The notes beneath the pieces are model-generated. The model was given only the letters and a program-made list of their open reading frames with translations. It had not been told where the DNA came from and searched no databases. The position numbers and the translations under genes were made by a program. A stretch of 64,000 bases of DNA, from NCBI GenBank assembly GCA_002342805.1, contig DDQW01000074.1, positions 15,906-79,905 on the forward strand, read 5' to 3'. This document shows positions 21,414 to 32,855 of this stretch, piece by piece. The stretch's first letter is position 1, and each line of letters opens with the position of its first letter. The DNA is from Clostridiales bacterium UBA2432 (GTDB lineage: Bacteria; Bacillota; Clostridia; Lachnospirales; Vallitaleaceae).

Positions 21414-23207
21414 ATGTTTTATCCGGATGAAATAATTGAAGAGGTACGATTACATAATGATGTTATTGACGTCATAGGTTCTTATGTGCACCTTCAAAAA
21501 AAAGGAAGTTCTCACTTTGGATTATGTCCTTTTCATAATGAGAAAACACCCTCATTTTCTGTAAGTAAAGATAAACAGATGTACTATTGCTTTGGATGTG
21601 GTGCAGGAGGCAATGTTTTTAGTTTTATAATGGCTTACGAAAACTATTCCTTTGTTGAATCAGTAAAATACTTAGCAGAACGGGCGCATATTGAACTGCC
21701 TGAGCCTGAAGTATCAGAAGAAGTTAAAAAAGCCATCAATTATAAACAACGTTTATATGATGCCAACCGTTTGGCTGCCAGATACTATTATAGCTTGTTA
21801 CGTAAAGATGTGGGAAAACGTGCATTAGCCTATTTTCAAGATAGAAAATTGAGTGCAGATATTATGAAACAATTCGGGCTAGGTTATGCCACACAGTTTC
21901 GTGATGATTTATATAAATATTTACAAAAACAAGGTTTTTTGGATCAAGAATTATTGGATTGTGGCTTGTTGCTGGAAGATAAGAAACACAAAGGGGAATA
22001 TTATGATCGTTTTTTTAATCGTGTAATGTTTCCTATTTTTGATGTGCATGGTAAAGTAATAGCTTTCGGTGGCAGAGTTCTTGGTGAGGGACAACCTAAA
22101 TATTTGAATTCGCCGGAAACGAAGCTTTTTGATAAAAGTCGAAATCTATATGGACTAAATATTGCACGCAAATCAAGAGAGTCTTTTATGATTGTTGTTG
22201 AAGGCTATATGGATGTGATTGCTTTACATCAAGCTGGCTTTGATAATGCAATTGCATCATTAGGTACAGCCTTTACAAGCGGTCATGGACAATTGATTAA
22301 ACGCTATGTAGATGAAGTTGTCATTGCATTTGATAGTGATGGAGCAGGCGTTAACGCAGCACTTCGATCGATTCCTATTTTGAAATCGGCAGGATTAATT
22401 GTTCGAGTTTTGAACATGGAGACAGCAAAAGATCCAGATGAGTTTATACAAAATCAAGGCGTTGAAGCCTTTCAAACTTTATTACACAATGCAACAGCGA
22501 GTTTTATGTTTGAGATTAAACAATTAAGTAAACGTTTTGATCTTACTGATCCGGAGTATCGAACGCGCTTTAGTGAAGAAGTAGCTAAAAAACTATTATC
22601 AATTGAAGGAAAGATTGAACGTGATAATTATTTAGAGGCCATTGTGTCTCAGTATCATATGTCAAAAAGTGGATTATATGAACTTTTGGCCAAGCATGGC
22701 AATAATGTAGGAATTGCTCAACGAACACCGCAAACCATGTCGAGAGATATGGGAGGCAATTCACACAAAAAACGAGAAGAAGGTACGGTACTTGCCCAAA
22801 AACAGCTTTTAGCCATTCTCGTATCAAATTATAAAATATTTAATGGCGTAAAAGATATTATTCAACCAGAGTATTTCACACATGATACGTTACAAAAAGT
22901 AGCCTATATTGTGTTTGATATATATAAAACAAAACAAGAAATTGAACCTGCAGATATTATGCGACGATTTACGCAAATTGAAGATCAAAAAATGATTGCA
23001 AATATTTTCAGTGAAGAGTTAAAAGTCGAAAATCAGCAGCAACTTGAAAAATTGTTAAATGACACCATAAGAAATATCAAAGGTGATTATCTGGAACAAA
23101 AACGCATGAATGTAAATGATCCGTCTGGATTAATGACATTAATTCAAGAAAAAAAAGCGTTACTTAATTTTTATCTTCACCTAGATGAAATCGATAGAAG
23201 GGATTGA
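21414..23207 (+). CDS. dnaG: DNA primase
   Basis: [11 protein letters not shown]...CFGC zinc ribbon, [21 protein letters not shown] and FDSDGAG. Confidence 0.98.
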   Translation: MFYPDEIIEEVRLHNDVIDVIGSYVHLQKKGSSHFGLCPFHNEKTPSFSVSKDKQMYYCFGCGAGGNVFSFIMAYENYSFVESVKYLAERAHIELPEPEVSEEVKKAINYKQRLYDANRLAARYYYSLLRKDVGKRALAYFQDRKLSADIMKQFGLGYATQFRDDLYKYLQKQGFLDQELLDCGLLLEDKKHKGEYYDRFFNRVMFPIFDVHGKVIAFGGRVLGEGQPKYLNSPETKLFDKSRNLYGLNIARKSRESFMIVVEGYMDVIALHQAGFDNAIASLGTAFTSGHGQLIKRYVDEVVIAFDSDGAGVNAALRSIPILKSAGLIVRVLNMETAKDPDEFIQNQGVEAFQTLLHNATASFMFEIKQLSKRFDLTDPEYRTRFSEEVAKKLLSIEGKIERDNYLEAIVSQYHMSKSGLYELLAKHGNNVGIAQRTPQTMSRDMGGNSHKKREEGTVLAQKQLLAILVSNYKIFNGVKDIIQPEYFTHDTLQKVAYIVFDIYKTKQEIEPADIMRRFTQIEDQKMIANIFSEELKVENQQQLEKLLNDTIRNIKGDYLEQKRMNVNDPSGLMTLIQEKKALLNFYLHLDEIDRRD

Positions 23208-23212
23208 AAATA

Positions 23213-24292
23213 ATGGCAGCAGAAGAAAATGTAAAAAGTTTTGAAGCAAAAATCTTAGAATTGGTCACCATAGCTAAAACAAAGAAGAACGTTTTAGAAT
23301 ATAAAGAGATTGAGGCCAGATTTAAAGATGAAGAGTTGGAACCCGACAAAATTGAAGTGATTTATGAGGTTCTAGAAAAAAGTGGTGTTGATGTATTAGG
23401 TGAGGTAGAAGATGACGAAGAAGAAGAAGAAAAGGAATTAGATTTATCCTTACCTGAAGGGATAAATATCGATGACCCCGTTCGTATGTATTTAAAAGAA
23501 ATCGGGAAAGTTCCTTTGCTTACAGGCGAAGAAGAGATTGCCTTGGCAAAACGTATGGAAGCAGGCGATGAAATTGCAAAACAACGTTTAGCCGAAGCAA
23601 ATTTGCGTCTTGTGGTAAGTATAGCAAAGCGTTACGTTGGTCGAGGTATGTTGTTTTTAGATTTAATACAAGAAGGAAATTTAGGTCTTATCAAAGCTGT
23701 TGAAAAATTTGATTATAATAAAGGGTTTAAATTTAGTACCTATGCTACATGGTGGATTCGACAAGCGATTACACGTGCCATAGCTGACCAGGCAAGAACG
23801 ATACGTATTCCAGTTCATATGGTTGAGACGATTAATAAACTCATACGCGTATCACGTCAACTTTTACAGGAGCTTGGACGAGATCCTGCACCGGAAGAAA
23901 TTGCAGAAGAACTTGATATGCCTGTTGATAAGGTAAGAGAGATTTTGAAGATATCACAAGAACCGGTGTCATTAGAGACACCCATCGGAGAAGAAGAAGA
24001 CTCACATTTAGGTGACTTTATACAAGATGATAATGTTCCTGTTCCTGCGGAAGCCGCCGCATTTACATTACTTAAAGAGCAGCTTGTTGAAGTTTTAGAT
24101 ACTCTAACAGAACGTGAGCAAAAAGTTTTGCGTCTACGTTTTGGTCTTGATGACGGGCGTGCTAGAACACTTGAAGAGGTGGGCAAGGAATTTAATGTAA
24201 CCCGTGAGCGTATTCGACAAATTGAAGCCAAGGCACTACGAAAGCTTAGACATCCTAGCCGAAGTCGAAAATTGAAAGATTATCTAGAATAA
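23213..24292 (+). CDS. rpoD: Primary sigma factor SigA/RpoD
   Basis: [53 protein letters not shown]; alternative TTG start at 23204. Confidence 0.99.
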   Translation: MAAEENVKSFEAKILELVTIAKTKKNVLEYKEIEARFKDEELEPDKIEVIYEVLEKSGVDVLGEVEDDEEEEEKELDLSLPEGINIDDPVRMYLKEIGKVPLLTGEEEIALAKRMEAGDEIAKQRLAEANLRLVVSIAKRYVGRGMLFLDLIQEGNLGLIKAVEKFDYNKGFKFSTYATWWIRQAITRAIADQARTIRIPVHMVETINKLIRVSRQLLQELGRDPAPEEIAEELDMPVDKVREILKISQEPVSLETPIGEEEDSHLGDFIQDDNVPVPAEAAAFTLLKEQLVEVLDTLTEREQKVLRLRFGLDDGRARTLEEVGKEFNVTRERIRQIEAKALRKLRHPSRSRKLKDYLE

Positions 24293-24298
24293 GTATGC

Positions 24299-24336
24299 AT
24301 AAAACCATGAATGATGACTATTGTTCATGGTTTTAT
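24299..24336 (+). terminator. Hairpin/terminator after rpoD
   Basis: ATAAAACCATGAA...TTCATGGTTTTAT inverted repeat. Confidence 0.6.
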
Positions 24337-24354
24337 TGAAAGTGGGGAAATAAC

Positions 24355-25062
24355 ATGGAGATTTCAAAACGTTTAGAATGGATTGCGTCATATGTTCAAC
24401 CGGGCGAACGTGTGGCTGATATTGGGACAGATCATGGCTACATTCCGATCTATTTGGCCCAAAACAATATATCGCCTAAAGTCATTGCCATGGATATTAA
24501 TTTTGGACCTTTAGAAAAAGCCAAGAATAATATGGAAGCATACCATCAAGAAGACAAAGTTGAAGTAAGACTCAGTAATGGACTTATGACTTTAGATGAA
24601 GGTGAAGTCGATTGTGTAATCATATGTGGAATGGGCGGACGATTAATTGATCAAATATTAAGAGAATCAAAAGATAAATTACATACATATAAACGTTGGA
24701 TTATATCGCCACATAAAGATATTGAAGTGGTGCGCAAGACACTTTTGGAACTTGGGCTTGCAATTATTGATGAAGATATGATCTATGAAGACGGTCACTA
24801 CTATACACTGATTATCGCCATAACAGACACAAAAGAGGTGGCATATTTACCCTATTCACCAAATGAAAATCCACTTTATTTTGTTTATGGAAAGTGCTTA
24901 GTGACCAAAAAACATCCGCTGCTGATGGAACAACTTGAGATGAAAAATACGAGAGACACACAATTGATTGCTATTTTAAAAGAAAAAGGTATTATTAATC
25001 GAATTGCTGAATTAGAGCATGATATTGCTATTCGAAAAAAGGTGATTAAATGGATGCAATAA
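24355..25062 (+). CDS. trmK: tRNA (adenine(22)-N1)-methyltransferase
   Basis: ADIGTDHGYIP, ICGMGG; usual position after sigA. Confidence 0.92.
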   Translation: MEISKRLEWIASYVQPGERVADIGTDHGYIPIYLAQNNISPKVIAMDINFGPLEKAKNNMEAYHQEDKVEVRLSNGLMTLDEGEVDCVIICGMGGRLIDQILRESKDKLHTYKRWIISPHKDIEVVRKTLLELGLAIIDEDMIYEDGHYYTLIIAITDTKEVAYLPYSPNENPLYFVYGKCLVTKKHPLLMEQLEMKNTRDTQLIAILKEKGIINRIAELEHDIAIRKKVIKWMQ

Positions 25063-25832
25063 AAGTAAAGGATATTATGGAGAGTATTGAAAAAGTAGCT
25101 CCGTCCGTATTAGCTGAAGCATATGATAACGTTGGATTGCTTGTTGGTGATTCCCAGCAGCAAGTAAGAAAAGTTATCGTAGGCCTTGAAGTTACGGATT
25201 CGCTAATTGAAGAAGCAATCAACAAAGGGTGTGAACTTATTGTTGTTCATCATCCACTTATTTTTTCACCACTCAAAAGAATTACTCAAGATGATAGCAT
25301 AAGTCGAAAAATTATTCGATTGATTAAAGAAGATATAAGTTTATATGTGGCCCATACAAATCTTGATAAGGCGGATGGAGGGTTGAATGACTATTTATGT
25401 AAAACACTTGGTCTCAAACCGAATAAAAAATTGAATTTAGAAGAAGTGGACCTTATTCGAATCTGTGATATAGAGCCACAGTCATTTAGCCAATTAATTA
25501 TTCAAATACGCGATCGTTTAAATTTGAAAAATATACGATATGTAGGAAGCATAGATGCTTCAATCGAAAGAATTGGGGTATGTTCTGGAAGTGGTATGAG
25601 TTTATTTGATATGGCTGTTGAAAATGGAATCGATGCATATATTACTGGCGATGTAAAATATCATGATGCAGTAAAAGCTATGGATTTTGGTATACCAGTC
25701 ATTGATGCAGGACATTTTGGGACAGAGATTATCTGTCGCCAATTATTTGAGAACATTCTTACACAAGCATTTAAAAAAAATATAAAGGTCTATCAACACG
25801 AAGATTTTTTTGATCCTATTCGTATGGTATAG
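25050..25832 (+). CDS. Nif3-like (YqfO/DUF34) dinuclear metal protein, short form
   Basis: DNVGLLVG, HHPLIF, HTNLD, ITGDVKYH, DAGHFGTE. Confidence 0.92.
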   Translation: MDAIKVKDIMESIEKVAPSVLAEAYDNVGLLVGDSQQQVRKVIVGLEVTDSLIEEAINKGCELIVVHHPLIFSPLKRITQDDSISRKIIRLIKEDISLYVAHTNLDKADGGLNDYLCKTLGLKPNKKLNLEEVDLIRICDIEPQSFSQLIIQIRDRLNLKNIRYVGSIDASIERIGVCSGSGMSLFDMAVENGIDAYITGDVKYHDAVKAMDFGIPVIDAGHFGTEIICRQLFENILTQAFKKNIKVYQHEDFFDPIRMV

Positions 25833-25865
25833 GTACATGAATATATTAAATCGGAGGTATATGCG

Positions 25866-27545
25866 TTGGTTGTAAAAATAATACTTAAACATAATAATAC
25901 GACAATTGAAGTTGAAAAAGGCACACCTTTACAAGACGTTGCAAAAAGGGTACAAGATGATTTTGAAGCACCAATCACACTTGCCATTGTTAATGGTAAG
26001 CTAAAAGAAATATATAAACGGGTTAAATCAGATTGCGAAGTGGAATTTTTAGATTTGACCGATAAAGACGGATATCGAACATATCAACGTTCCTTGACCC
26101 TTTTATTCATTAAATCCTTAAGAGATATTTATCAAGGATATGGAATGAATAATGTGGATGTACGTGTTCAGTTTACGATTAACCGAGGATTATATTGTGA
26201 AGTTTTGAATAATCAAGAAAGACCTTTGAATGACTCGATTATAAGTGCGATTGAAAGTCGCATGAAAGAATATGTAAATCAAGATGCCATTATATATAAA
26301 AGTACAGTAACAACCAGCAAGGCTATTAAAATATTTAAAAAGCAGGGAATGAAGGATAAAGTTTGTTTATTAAAATACCGCAGTGTTTCAAATACCAATA
26401 TATATGAACTAGATGGATTTTACGATTATTATTATGGATACATGGTTCCTTCCTATGGTAGCATTGGTATGTTTGAACTGCATGCCCATGATGAAGGGGT
26501 AATGGTTCAGTATGTTTCAAAAGCAGAACCTAAAAAAGTAGCACAGTTTAAACCTGCCTTAATGCTATTTGATACACAAAAAGAAACATCACGTTGGGCG
26601 GAATTAATGAATGTGACAACGATTGGTGAATTAAATGAGCTTATAGCGGCAGGTGATATGAATGATTTGTTATTAGTAGCAGAAGCTTTAATGGAAAAAA
26701 AAATAGCTTCGATTGCTGATGATATCGTGAATAATCAACAAAAAAAACGCTTTATTTTTATTGCCGGACCTTCATCGTCAGGCAAGACAACCTTTGCACA
26801 TCGCTTGGGAATACAACTTCGAGCATTTGGAATGAATCCCAAGACCATTTCATTAGATAATTATTTTGTAAACAGGGAAAAAACACCACTTGATGAATTT
26901 GGTAACTTTAATTATGAAACGATTGATGCTATTGATCGCCAATTATTTAATCAAAATATGTTACAATTACTTGATAATGAAGCCGTGGATATCCCTTATT
27001 ATAATTTTATATCCGGAAAACGTGAATATCGTGAGAATCCCATTAAATTGGGAGAAAATGGAATTTTAGTTGTTGAAGGTATTCATGGACTCAATGACAT
27101 GTTGTCATATGACTTGCCGGATGAAAATAAATATAAGATATATATTAGTGCAATGACACAATTGAATTTGGATTATCATAATCGAATTCCAACGACAGAT
27201 GGTCGATTGATTCGACGAATAGTAAGAGATTACCAATATCGTGGTGTCTCAGCGCGACAAACGATAAAAATGTGGGAGTCGGTAAGAAGAGGCGAAGAAC
27301 AGTATATTTTTCCATTTCAAGAGAAGGCAGATGTGATGTTTAACTCAGCATTAATCTATGAAATTGCTGTTTTAAAACAATATGCAGATCCTTTGTTATA
27401 TAGTATACCGGATACATGTCCTGAACATATTGAAGCAAAACGTCTAATTAAGTTTTTAGATTATATTCTAGGTGTTACTAGTGAACATATTCCCCAGAAT
27501 TCATTGTTGCGTGAATTCATAGGCGGAAGTTGCTTTAGAACTTGA
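25866..27545 (+). CDS. Nucleoside (uridine) kinase fused to ThrRS-like N-terminal domains
   Basis: TGS-like N-terminus, Walker A IAGPSSSGKTT, SLDNYF, VEGIHGLN, RRIVRD. Confidence 0.85.
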   Translation: MVVKIILKHNNTTIEVEKGTPLQDVAKRVQDDFEAPITLAIVNGKLKEIYKRVKSDCEVEFLDLTDKDGYRTYQRSLTLLFIKSLRDIYQGYGMNNVDVRVQFTINRGLYCEVLNNQERPLNDSIISAIESRMKEYVNQDAIIYKSTVTTSKAIKIFKKQGMKDKVCLLKYRSVSNTNIYELDGFYDYYYGYMVPSYGSIGMFELHAHDEGVMVQYVSKAEPKKVAQFKPALMLFDTQKETSRWAELMNVTTIGELNELIAAGDMNDLLLVAEALMEKKIASIADDIVNNQQKKRFIFIAGPSSSGKTTFAHRLGIQLRAFGMNPKTISLDNYFVNREKTPLDEFGNFNYETIDAIDRQLFNQNMLQLLDNEAVDIPYYNFISGKREYRENPIKLGENGILVVEGIHGLNDMLSYDLPDENKYKIYISAMTQLNLDYHNRIPTTDGRLIRRIVRDYQYRGVSARQTIKMWESVRRGEEQYIFPFQEKADVMFNSALIYEIAVLKQYADPLLYSIPDTCPEHIEAKRLIKFLDYILGVTSEHIPQNSLLREFIGGSCFRT

Positions 27546-27564
27546 CCTTATTTGGAGGTATAAA

Positions 27565-27807
27565 ATGAAGCCGGAAAAAATTAAAAAAATTTCAGATATT
27601 CTATTTGTTTTTAGTATCATATTTGCAGCAGGAGTGATGTTTAAGAATTGGTATGATCAGCGAGGATTGCCTGAAGGAGTCTGTCCGATTGAAAACAACT
27701 CGACATGGATGATGTTGGCAATAACTTTATTGGTGATTAGTTTTATTGTAACATCCATCATCGATTATCGCATAAAAAAGCAAGATAGGAAGGAGAAAAA
27801 CACTTGA
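27565..27807 (+). CDS. Small two-TM membrane protein (LPEGVCP loop)
   Basis: RBS ggagg; two hydrophobic helices; overlaps the moxR start. Confidence 0.75.
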   Translation: MKPEKIKKISDILFVFSIIFAAGVMFKNWYDQRGLPEGVCPIENNSTWMMLAITLLVISFIVTSIIDYRIKKQDRKEKNT

Positions 27808-28745
27808 GAGAACGGATTAAGCATTTAATGGATAATATGGGCAAAGTCATTGTCGGCAAAGATGATGTTATTGAACTGATTACCTTGGCTTTTATGTGTA
27901 ATGGTCATGTGTTGATTGAAGATGTTCCGGGAACCGGAAAGACAACACTAGCGCTCGCGTTGGCCAAATCAATTGGCGGACAATTTAATCGAATATCATG
28001 TACGCCGGATGTTATGCCGTCAGATATTACAGGCTTTACCATGTATAATCCAAAGCATGAACGGTTTGAATATCATGAAGGTGCAATTATGGCCAATATA
28101 TTTTTGGCGGATGAGATTAATCGTACACCGCCCAAGACACAATCAGGGCTTTTAGAAGCCATGGAAGAACATCATGTAACTGTTGACGGAAAGCATTATG
28201 ATTTACCGGATCCTTTTATGGTCATTGCTACGCAAAATCCGGTTGAGTATTTAGGCACCTACCCTTTACCGGAAGCACAAATGGATCGGTTTATTATAAA
28301 AATGCATATTGGATATCCGGATTTAGAAGAAGAACTCCTCATTATGGAAAGATTCAAAGATGACCATCCCCTTAAGGACTTGCAACCGGTAATTTCGTTA
28401 GAAGAAGTTCATGAAATCCAGCAAGCCATTTTGTCCGTTACAATGGATCCAAGTATTCAAAGATATATATTAAGTCTAGTTAGAGAAACGAGAGAATCTA
28501 AGCAAACTTTGTTAGGTGTTAGCCCCCGTGGAAGTTTGTTTTTGAGTCGAATGGCTAAAGCAAAAGCCTATTTTTCCGGACGGGATTATGTAATTCCGGA
28601 TGATGTTAAAAACTTATTTGTGCCGGTTTGCGCCCATCGAATGATGATCAAACCGGAAATGAAATATGAAAATCAATCAAGTGAGGATATACTTGAACAA
28701 ATATTGAAAAAAGTTAATGTTCCGGCAGGTGAGTTTATTGCTTAA
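27804..28745 (+). CDS. MoxR-family AAA+ ATPase
   Basis: EDVPGTGKT, ADEINRTPPKTQS, ATQNP, LPEAQMDRF, SPRG. Confidence 0.95.
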   Translation: MRERIKHLMDNMGKVIVGKDDVIELITLAFMCNGHVLIEDVPGTGKTTLALALAKSIGGQFNRISCTPDVMPSDITGFTMYNPKHERFEYHEGAIMANIFLADEINRTPPKTQSGLLEAMEEHHVTVDGKHYDLPDPFMVIATQNPVEYLGTYPLPEAQMDRFIIKMHIGYPDLEEELLIMERFKDDHPLKDLQPVISLEEVHEIQQAILSVTMDPSIQRYILSLVRETRESKQTLLGVSPRGSLFLSRMAKAKAYFSGRDYVIPDDVKNLFVPVCAHRMMIKPEMKYENQSSEDILEQILKKVNVPAGEFIA

Positions 28746-29949
28746 AACGTGGGGAATATATTTTATTGTATTAATCTATAGTATCGTTTTTAACCGAGTC
28801 TATCCCGGATATATTTCGAGTGTTTTATTTTATAGTCTTTTGATGCTTCCCATCATAAGTCTTGTTCATCTTGGGTTTACCTATACCGTTTTTCGCTTGA
28901 CGCATGATGTGGATCAACGTTTTGTATCAAAAGGTGACATAGTAACCTATCGATTGAGTCTGCATAATGCAACACCTTTCATATTAGCGCCGATGACCAT
29001 ACATTATTTATCTTCAAAGGAACTGTTTCATCTTGAAGAAGATAAAAAAAACGCGTGGTTGGTTTTATATCCTAAATCTCAACGTGATCTTCACAAGAAT
29101 TTGACCTGTTTTTATCGAGGAAACTATTCTGTAGGAGTTGATTACATTAAGATGCAGGATTTTTTTGGTTTTTTTTCGATTGATTATAAGGACATAGAGC
29201 AACACAAAATTCTTGTCTATCCGAATTTACGTGAGTTCAAATCTGATGTTATGCGACAAGTTATGAGTGAAACGGCGGAAACAATTGTCGGTCATGATTT
29301 TGGAAGTTCTACAGTTTTTACAGATGTAAGAAAATATCAACCCGGAGATTCTTTAAATAAGATTCATTGGAAATTAAGTGCTAAGAAAAATACATGGATT
29401 TCAAAAGAATATATGGGCCACGTAACAAATACGACATATCTTTTTTTAGATACGTATGATTTAGACTTGTCAATAGATCACCGAATTATTTATGAAGATT
29501 ATATGGTGGAAGGCTGTATTTCTTTGGTCCATTATTTGCTTAGTGATCGGGTAGAATTGAAACTTTATTATGACTATCATGGTATTCAAAATATTAGCGG
29601 GAAAGAAATGTCTGCCTTTAATATCTTTTATGATGCCTTTGCACACATGACTTTTTATCATGAGAATAATTATACTAAGATGATCAATAAAGTATTGCTT
29701 CTTGAAAAGGAGTCTAGCCACTTGATTTTTGCAACACAACAGATTCAACCGGAGTTTGTTGATTTGCTAGTTCAATTAAAGTCTCGTAATTTTGAAATTA
29801 CAGTAGTACTTGTTCATGCATCAAGTATTCAACTAGATGATCTAAAAAAAGCAACGGATGAAGGCCTAATGCTTGTTCTTAATACATCGAATATACCTAT
29901 CTACTATTTAAGAATGGATGATGGAGCGGTAAGACTGGAGGTGTCCTAG
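28717..29949 (+). CDS. DUF58 domain membrane protein
   Basis: Two N-terminal TMs; VRKYQPGDSLNKIHWKLSAK; start may be TTG 28738. Confidence 0.9.
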   Translation: MFRQVSLLLKTWGIYFIVLIYSIVFNRVYPGYISSVLFYSLLMLPIISLVHLGFTYTVFRLTHDVDQRFVSKGDIVTYRLSLHNATPFILAPMTIHYLSSKELFHLEEDKKNAWLVLYPKSQRDLHKNLTCFYRGNYSVGVDYIKMQDFFGFFSIDYKDIEQHKILVYPNLREFKSDVMRQVMSETAETIVGHDFGSSTVFTDVRKYQPGDSLNKIHWKLSAKKNTWISKEYMGHVTNTTYLFLDTYDLDLSIDHRIIYEDYMVEGCISLVHYLLSDRVELKLYYDYHGIQNISGKEMSAFNIFYDAFAHMTFYHENNYTKMINKVLLLEKESSHLIFATQQIQPEFVDLLVQLKSRNFEITVVLVHASSIQLDDLKKATDEGLMLVLNTSNIPIYYLRMDDGAVRLEVS

Positions 29950-32036
29950 TGAGTATACTTTTTATTATTGTATTTGGTATTATTGGGGTTATTTCAGGAG
30001 CCTTTGGCTATTATATGGGTGATATCGAGCTGTTTTTTATTGTTTTTGGGGTTTTTATTCTATATAGTGCTATCAACAAATATAAGAAGTGGGTTATTGT
30101 ATTTGTAGTGATTCTAATGAGTGTCGGAGTTGGGGTGACTATATATTATTATCGCAATGATAACCTTGACGTATTTATGAATCCCATTCAAGATTTTATT
30201 AATACCTATTATTATTCGGTGATACTTGACGGCTATTACATTAGTCATGGATACCAAGCTATATTGATTGCATTTATAAGCCTACTACTATTTTACCTTT
30301 ATCATTTTTTTTATCGACGAAAAAAATTACAATGGATACCAATAATTGTTGGCTTTATCTTTGTGATTGCAGCTTTTTTATCAGGCACACTAACAACGCC
30401 GAAAGATCATCGGTCTTTCTTGTTCTTTTTAATGAGCAGTGTCATATATTACTTTGCGGTATATTCCTCTAGGAATGTTACAGATATAAGGCGAAGACAG
30501 AGGTATACATTTTATGGAATGGGAATAATCTTTGCTCTTGGAATTGTTGGGTTTGGAATGTTCTTTAATCATTATCGGCCGAATCCCTTTGAAAAAAAAG
30601 CACAATCAACCACAGTCAGTTCAAATATGTTAGAAGATAATAATGAATCACGAGAATATGAAAGATCAGTTGTTCAAGATATTTCAGATGGGTCATATCA
30701 GGTACAGTCTTCTTTTGAACATGAAGGTATAGCTGTTTTTTCTGTTGATGCAGATATCTTAAAGTACTATGTTACCGATGTCTATGATATTTATGAAGAA
30801 GGGGTTTGGCGTCAGTCAAGGGATGAATTGTTAACTCCGTCAATAGAATATGATGAAGCTTTATATGAACGAGAAACTGTGGAGATAATATATGAGAATA
30901 TTATAACGAATCGACTTTTATTGAGTCCACATTGGGATGCGATAAATATTTCAGAGGAGATGCAATCCTTAGCCGCCGAAAATGGAATTTTAGAAAGAGG
31001 ATTTAATTATACGATTGATGCAGTTATTCCACGTTATCGAACCATTGCATGGCAAGAAGCAATTGAACAAAAGAGTAATGGTCAATCTATTGAGGGCTTT
31101 ATGCAGATTCCGGATGGGTTTGACCGTCTTCAAGAACTTGCCCAAGAGGTTACGGAAGGAGCAAGCACGGATTATGAAAAAGGCCGGCGTATTGAAGCAT
31201 ATCTATCATCAGAATATTTGTATAATGAAGCACCGGAATATGGTTCTACCGATGATATGATTCATGCTTTTTTATTTGAAACTCAAGAAGGCTTTTGCCA
31301 ACAATTTGCATCTTCAATGGTTATGATGATGCGAAGTGTAGGGATCCCATCTAGATTTGTGGTCGGTTACGTTTTGGATATTGAATCATATGATGATATA
31401 CCCGATTCATTGATGTATGCATATGGTGAAGTTCCGGAGGAAAAAACCATTTATGATCATAACGCTCATGCGTGGGTTGAAAGCTACTTCCCAGGGGTAG
31501 GTTGGGTCCAGTTTGAACCAACAGCGGGACAGAGCTTTTATTCGTTTTTCGATCCTCAAGCATTAGAACGTCAAACAGAAGAGGAGACAGCTTCAGCAAG
31601 TGTGACCTTTGTAAACCGTGACGATATTTTGTTTTGGGGGCTATCAGCAATTGGGATTTTACTAGTGTTAAGTTTAATCGCCATGCTACTTAAACGTCGA
31701 CACAGTAATCGTAAGAATTATATTAAGCGTATATATTTGGATTATCACATTCTTTTGTTATACTTAAATGAATGTACAATGGAAAAGCAACAAGGAGAAA
31801 CAATACGCGAATATGGTAAGCGAATTCAAGAGGAAATTCCCCTTTCCCAAGTAAGATTCAAAGATTTCCTTGAAACCTTAGAGAAAGCATTCTATAATAG
31901 GAAGGTACCAGAGATAGAACAAATACAAATATTGGAAAAATATATTACACTGATAAAAAAAGTTGCAAAACGACGTATGCATTTCTGGAGTTATCAAAAA
32001 AATCGTATTGTTGAGATGATGACATATTTTAGATAG
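29949..32036 (+). CDS. Membrane transglutaminase-like protein (TgpA type)
   Basis: Multi-TM N-terminus; GFCQQFAS, HAWVE, FEPT; C-terminal TM plus DUF4129-like tail. Confidence 0.9.
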   Translation: MSILFIIVFGIIGVISGAFGYYMGDIELFFIVFGVFILYSAINKYKKWVIVFVVILMSVGVGVTIYYYRNDNLDVFMNPIQDFINTYYYSVILDGYYISHGYQAILIAFISLLLFYLYHFFYRRKKLQWIPIIVGFIFVIAAFLSGTLTTPKDHRSFLFFLMSSVIYYFAVYSSRNVTDIRRRQRYTFYGMGIIFALGIVGFGMFFNHYRPNPFEKKAQSTTVSSNMLEDNNESREYERSVVQDISDGSYQVQSSFEHEGIAVFSVDADILKYYVTDVYDIYEEGVWRQSRDELLTPSIEYDEALYERETVEIIYENIITNRLLLSPHWDAINISEEMQSLAAENGILERGFNYTIDAVIPRYRTIAWQEAIEQKSNGQSIEGFMQIPDGFDRLQELAQEVTEGASTDYEKGRRIEAYLSSEYLYNEAPEYGSTDDMIHAFLFETQEGFCQQFASSMVMMMRSVGIPSRFVVGYVLDIESYDDIPDSLMYAYGEVPEEKTIYDHNAHAWVESYFPGVGWVQFEPTAGQSFYSFFDPQALERQTEEETASASVTFVNRDDILFWGLSAIGILLVLSLIAMLLKRRHSNRKNYIKRIYLDYHILLLYLNECTMEKQQGETIREYGKRIQEEIPLSQVRFKDFLETLEKAFYNRKVPEIEQIQILEKYITLIKKVAKRRMHFWSYQKNRIVEMMTYFR

Positions 32037-32045
32037 GAAGATAGA

Positions 32046-32855
32046 ATGGAAAATAAATTAATTTTATTTGATGTGGATGATACAATTATTGATCATGAAT
32101 CGCCAAAATCAAAAATACCCAAAGAAACACGTTTCGCAATTAAGGCATTAAAAGAAAAGGGCTATTGTGTAGGACTAGCGACTGGCCGAAGTTTTCCCAA
32201 TATTGCTTATGTTATGAAGACCCTCGAACTTGATACAGCAGTAAGTTTCGGAGGCCATTTAGTCACACACCAAGGAAAAGATATTTTCAAACAAGCCATT
32301 GATCGAGAAGAATCCAGTCGTTTGATTAAAAAGATTATTCATACCCCATTCCCGATGATTGCAATTGATGAAAAAAATATTTACATTAAAGATTTATTTG
32401 GACGTGTTCGAAAAGAATTGTTTCGCAATGAGAATATTCTTGAAGGTGAGGAACCGGTTGTTGGAATAACACCTATAAAAAAATTAGATACTATTCCTAG
32501 GGACTATTTAAGTATGATGATTTTTCGACAATATGGTCTAAAGCAATTGGATTTTAAAAAACTGGATTTTAATGCCTGGGGAAAAAAAGGGTATGAAGTA
32601 TATTCAAAAGGCATATCAAAACTATCAGGAATCCAGTTTTTAGCTAATTATCTTGACATACCAATGAATCAAGTGTATGTATTCGGAGATAGTTACAATG
32701 ACTTGCATATGCTAGAACATATTAAGAATTCTGTAGCAGTAGGTAACGGAGTTAAAGAAGCAAAAGCAGTGGCATCATATGTATCTCCTCCGATTAGTGA
32801 AGGTGGTATTTTGACCGCATGTTATCACTTAGGACTTTTGGAGGAACAACAATGA
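32046..32855 (+). CDS. Cof-type HAD-IIB hydrolase
   Basis: FDVDDT, ATGR, SKLSG, FGDSYNDLHML. Confidence 0.92.
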   Translation: MENKLILFDVDDTIIDHESPKSKIPKETRFAIKALKEKGYCVGLATGRSFPNIAYVMKTLELDTAVSFGGHLVTHQGKDIFKQAIDREESSRLIKKIIHTPFPMIAIDEKNIYIKDLFGRVRKELFRNENILEGEEPVVGITPIKKLDTIPRDYLSMMIFRQYGLKQLDFKKLDFNAWGKKGYEVYSKGISKLSGIQFLANYLDIPMNQVYVFGDSYNDLHMLEHIKNSVAVGNGVKEAKAVASYVSPPISEGGILTACYHLGLLEEQQ

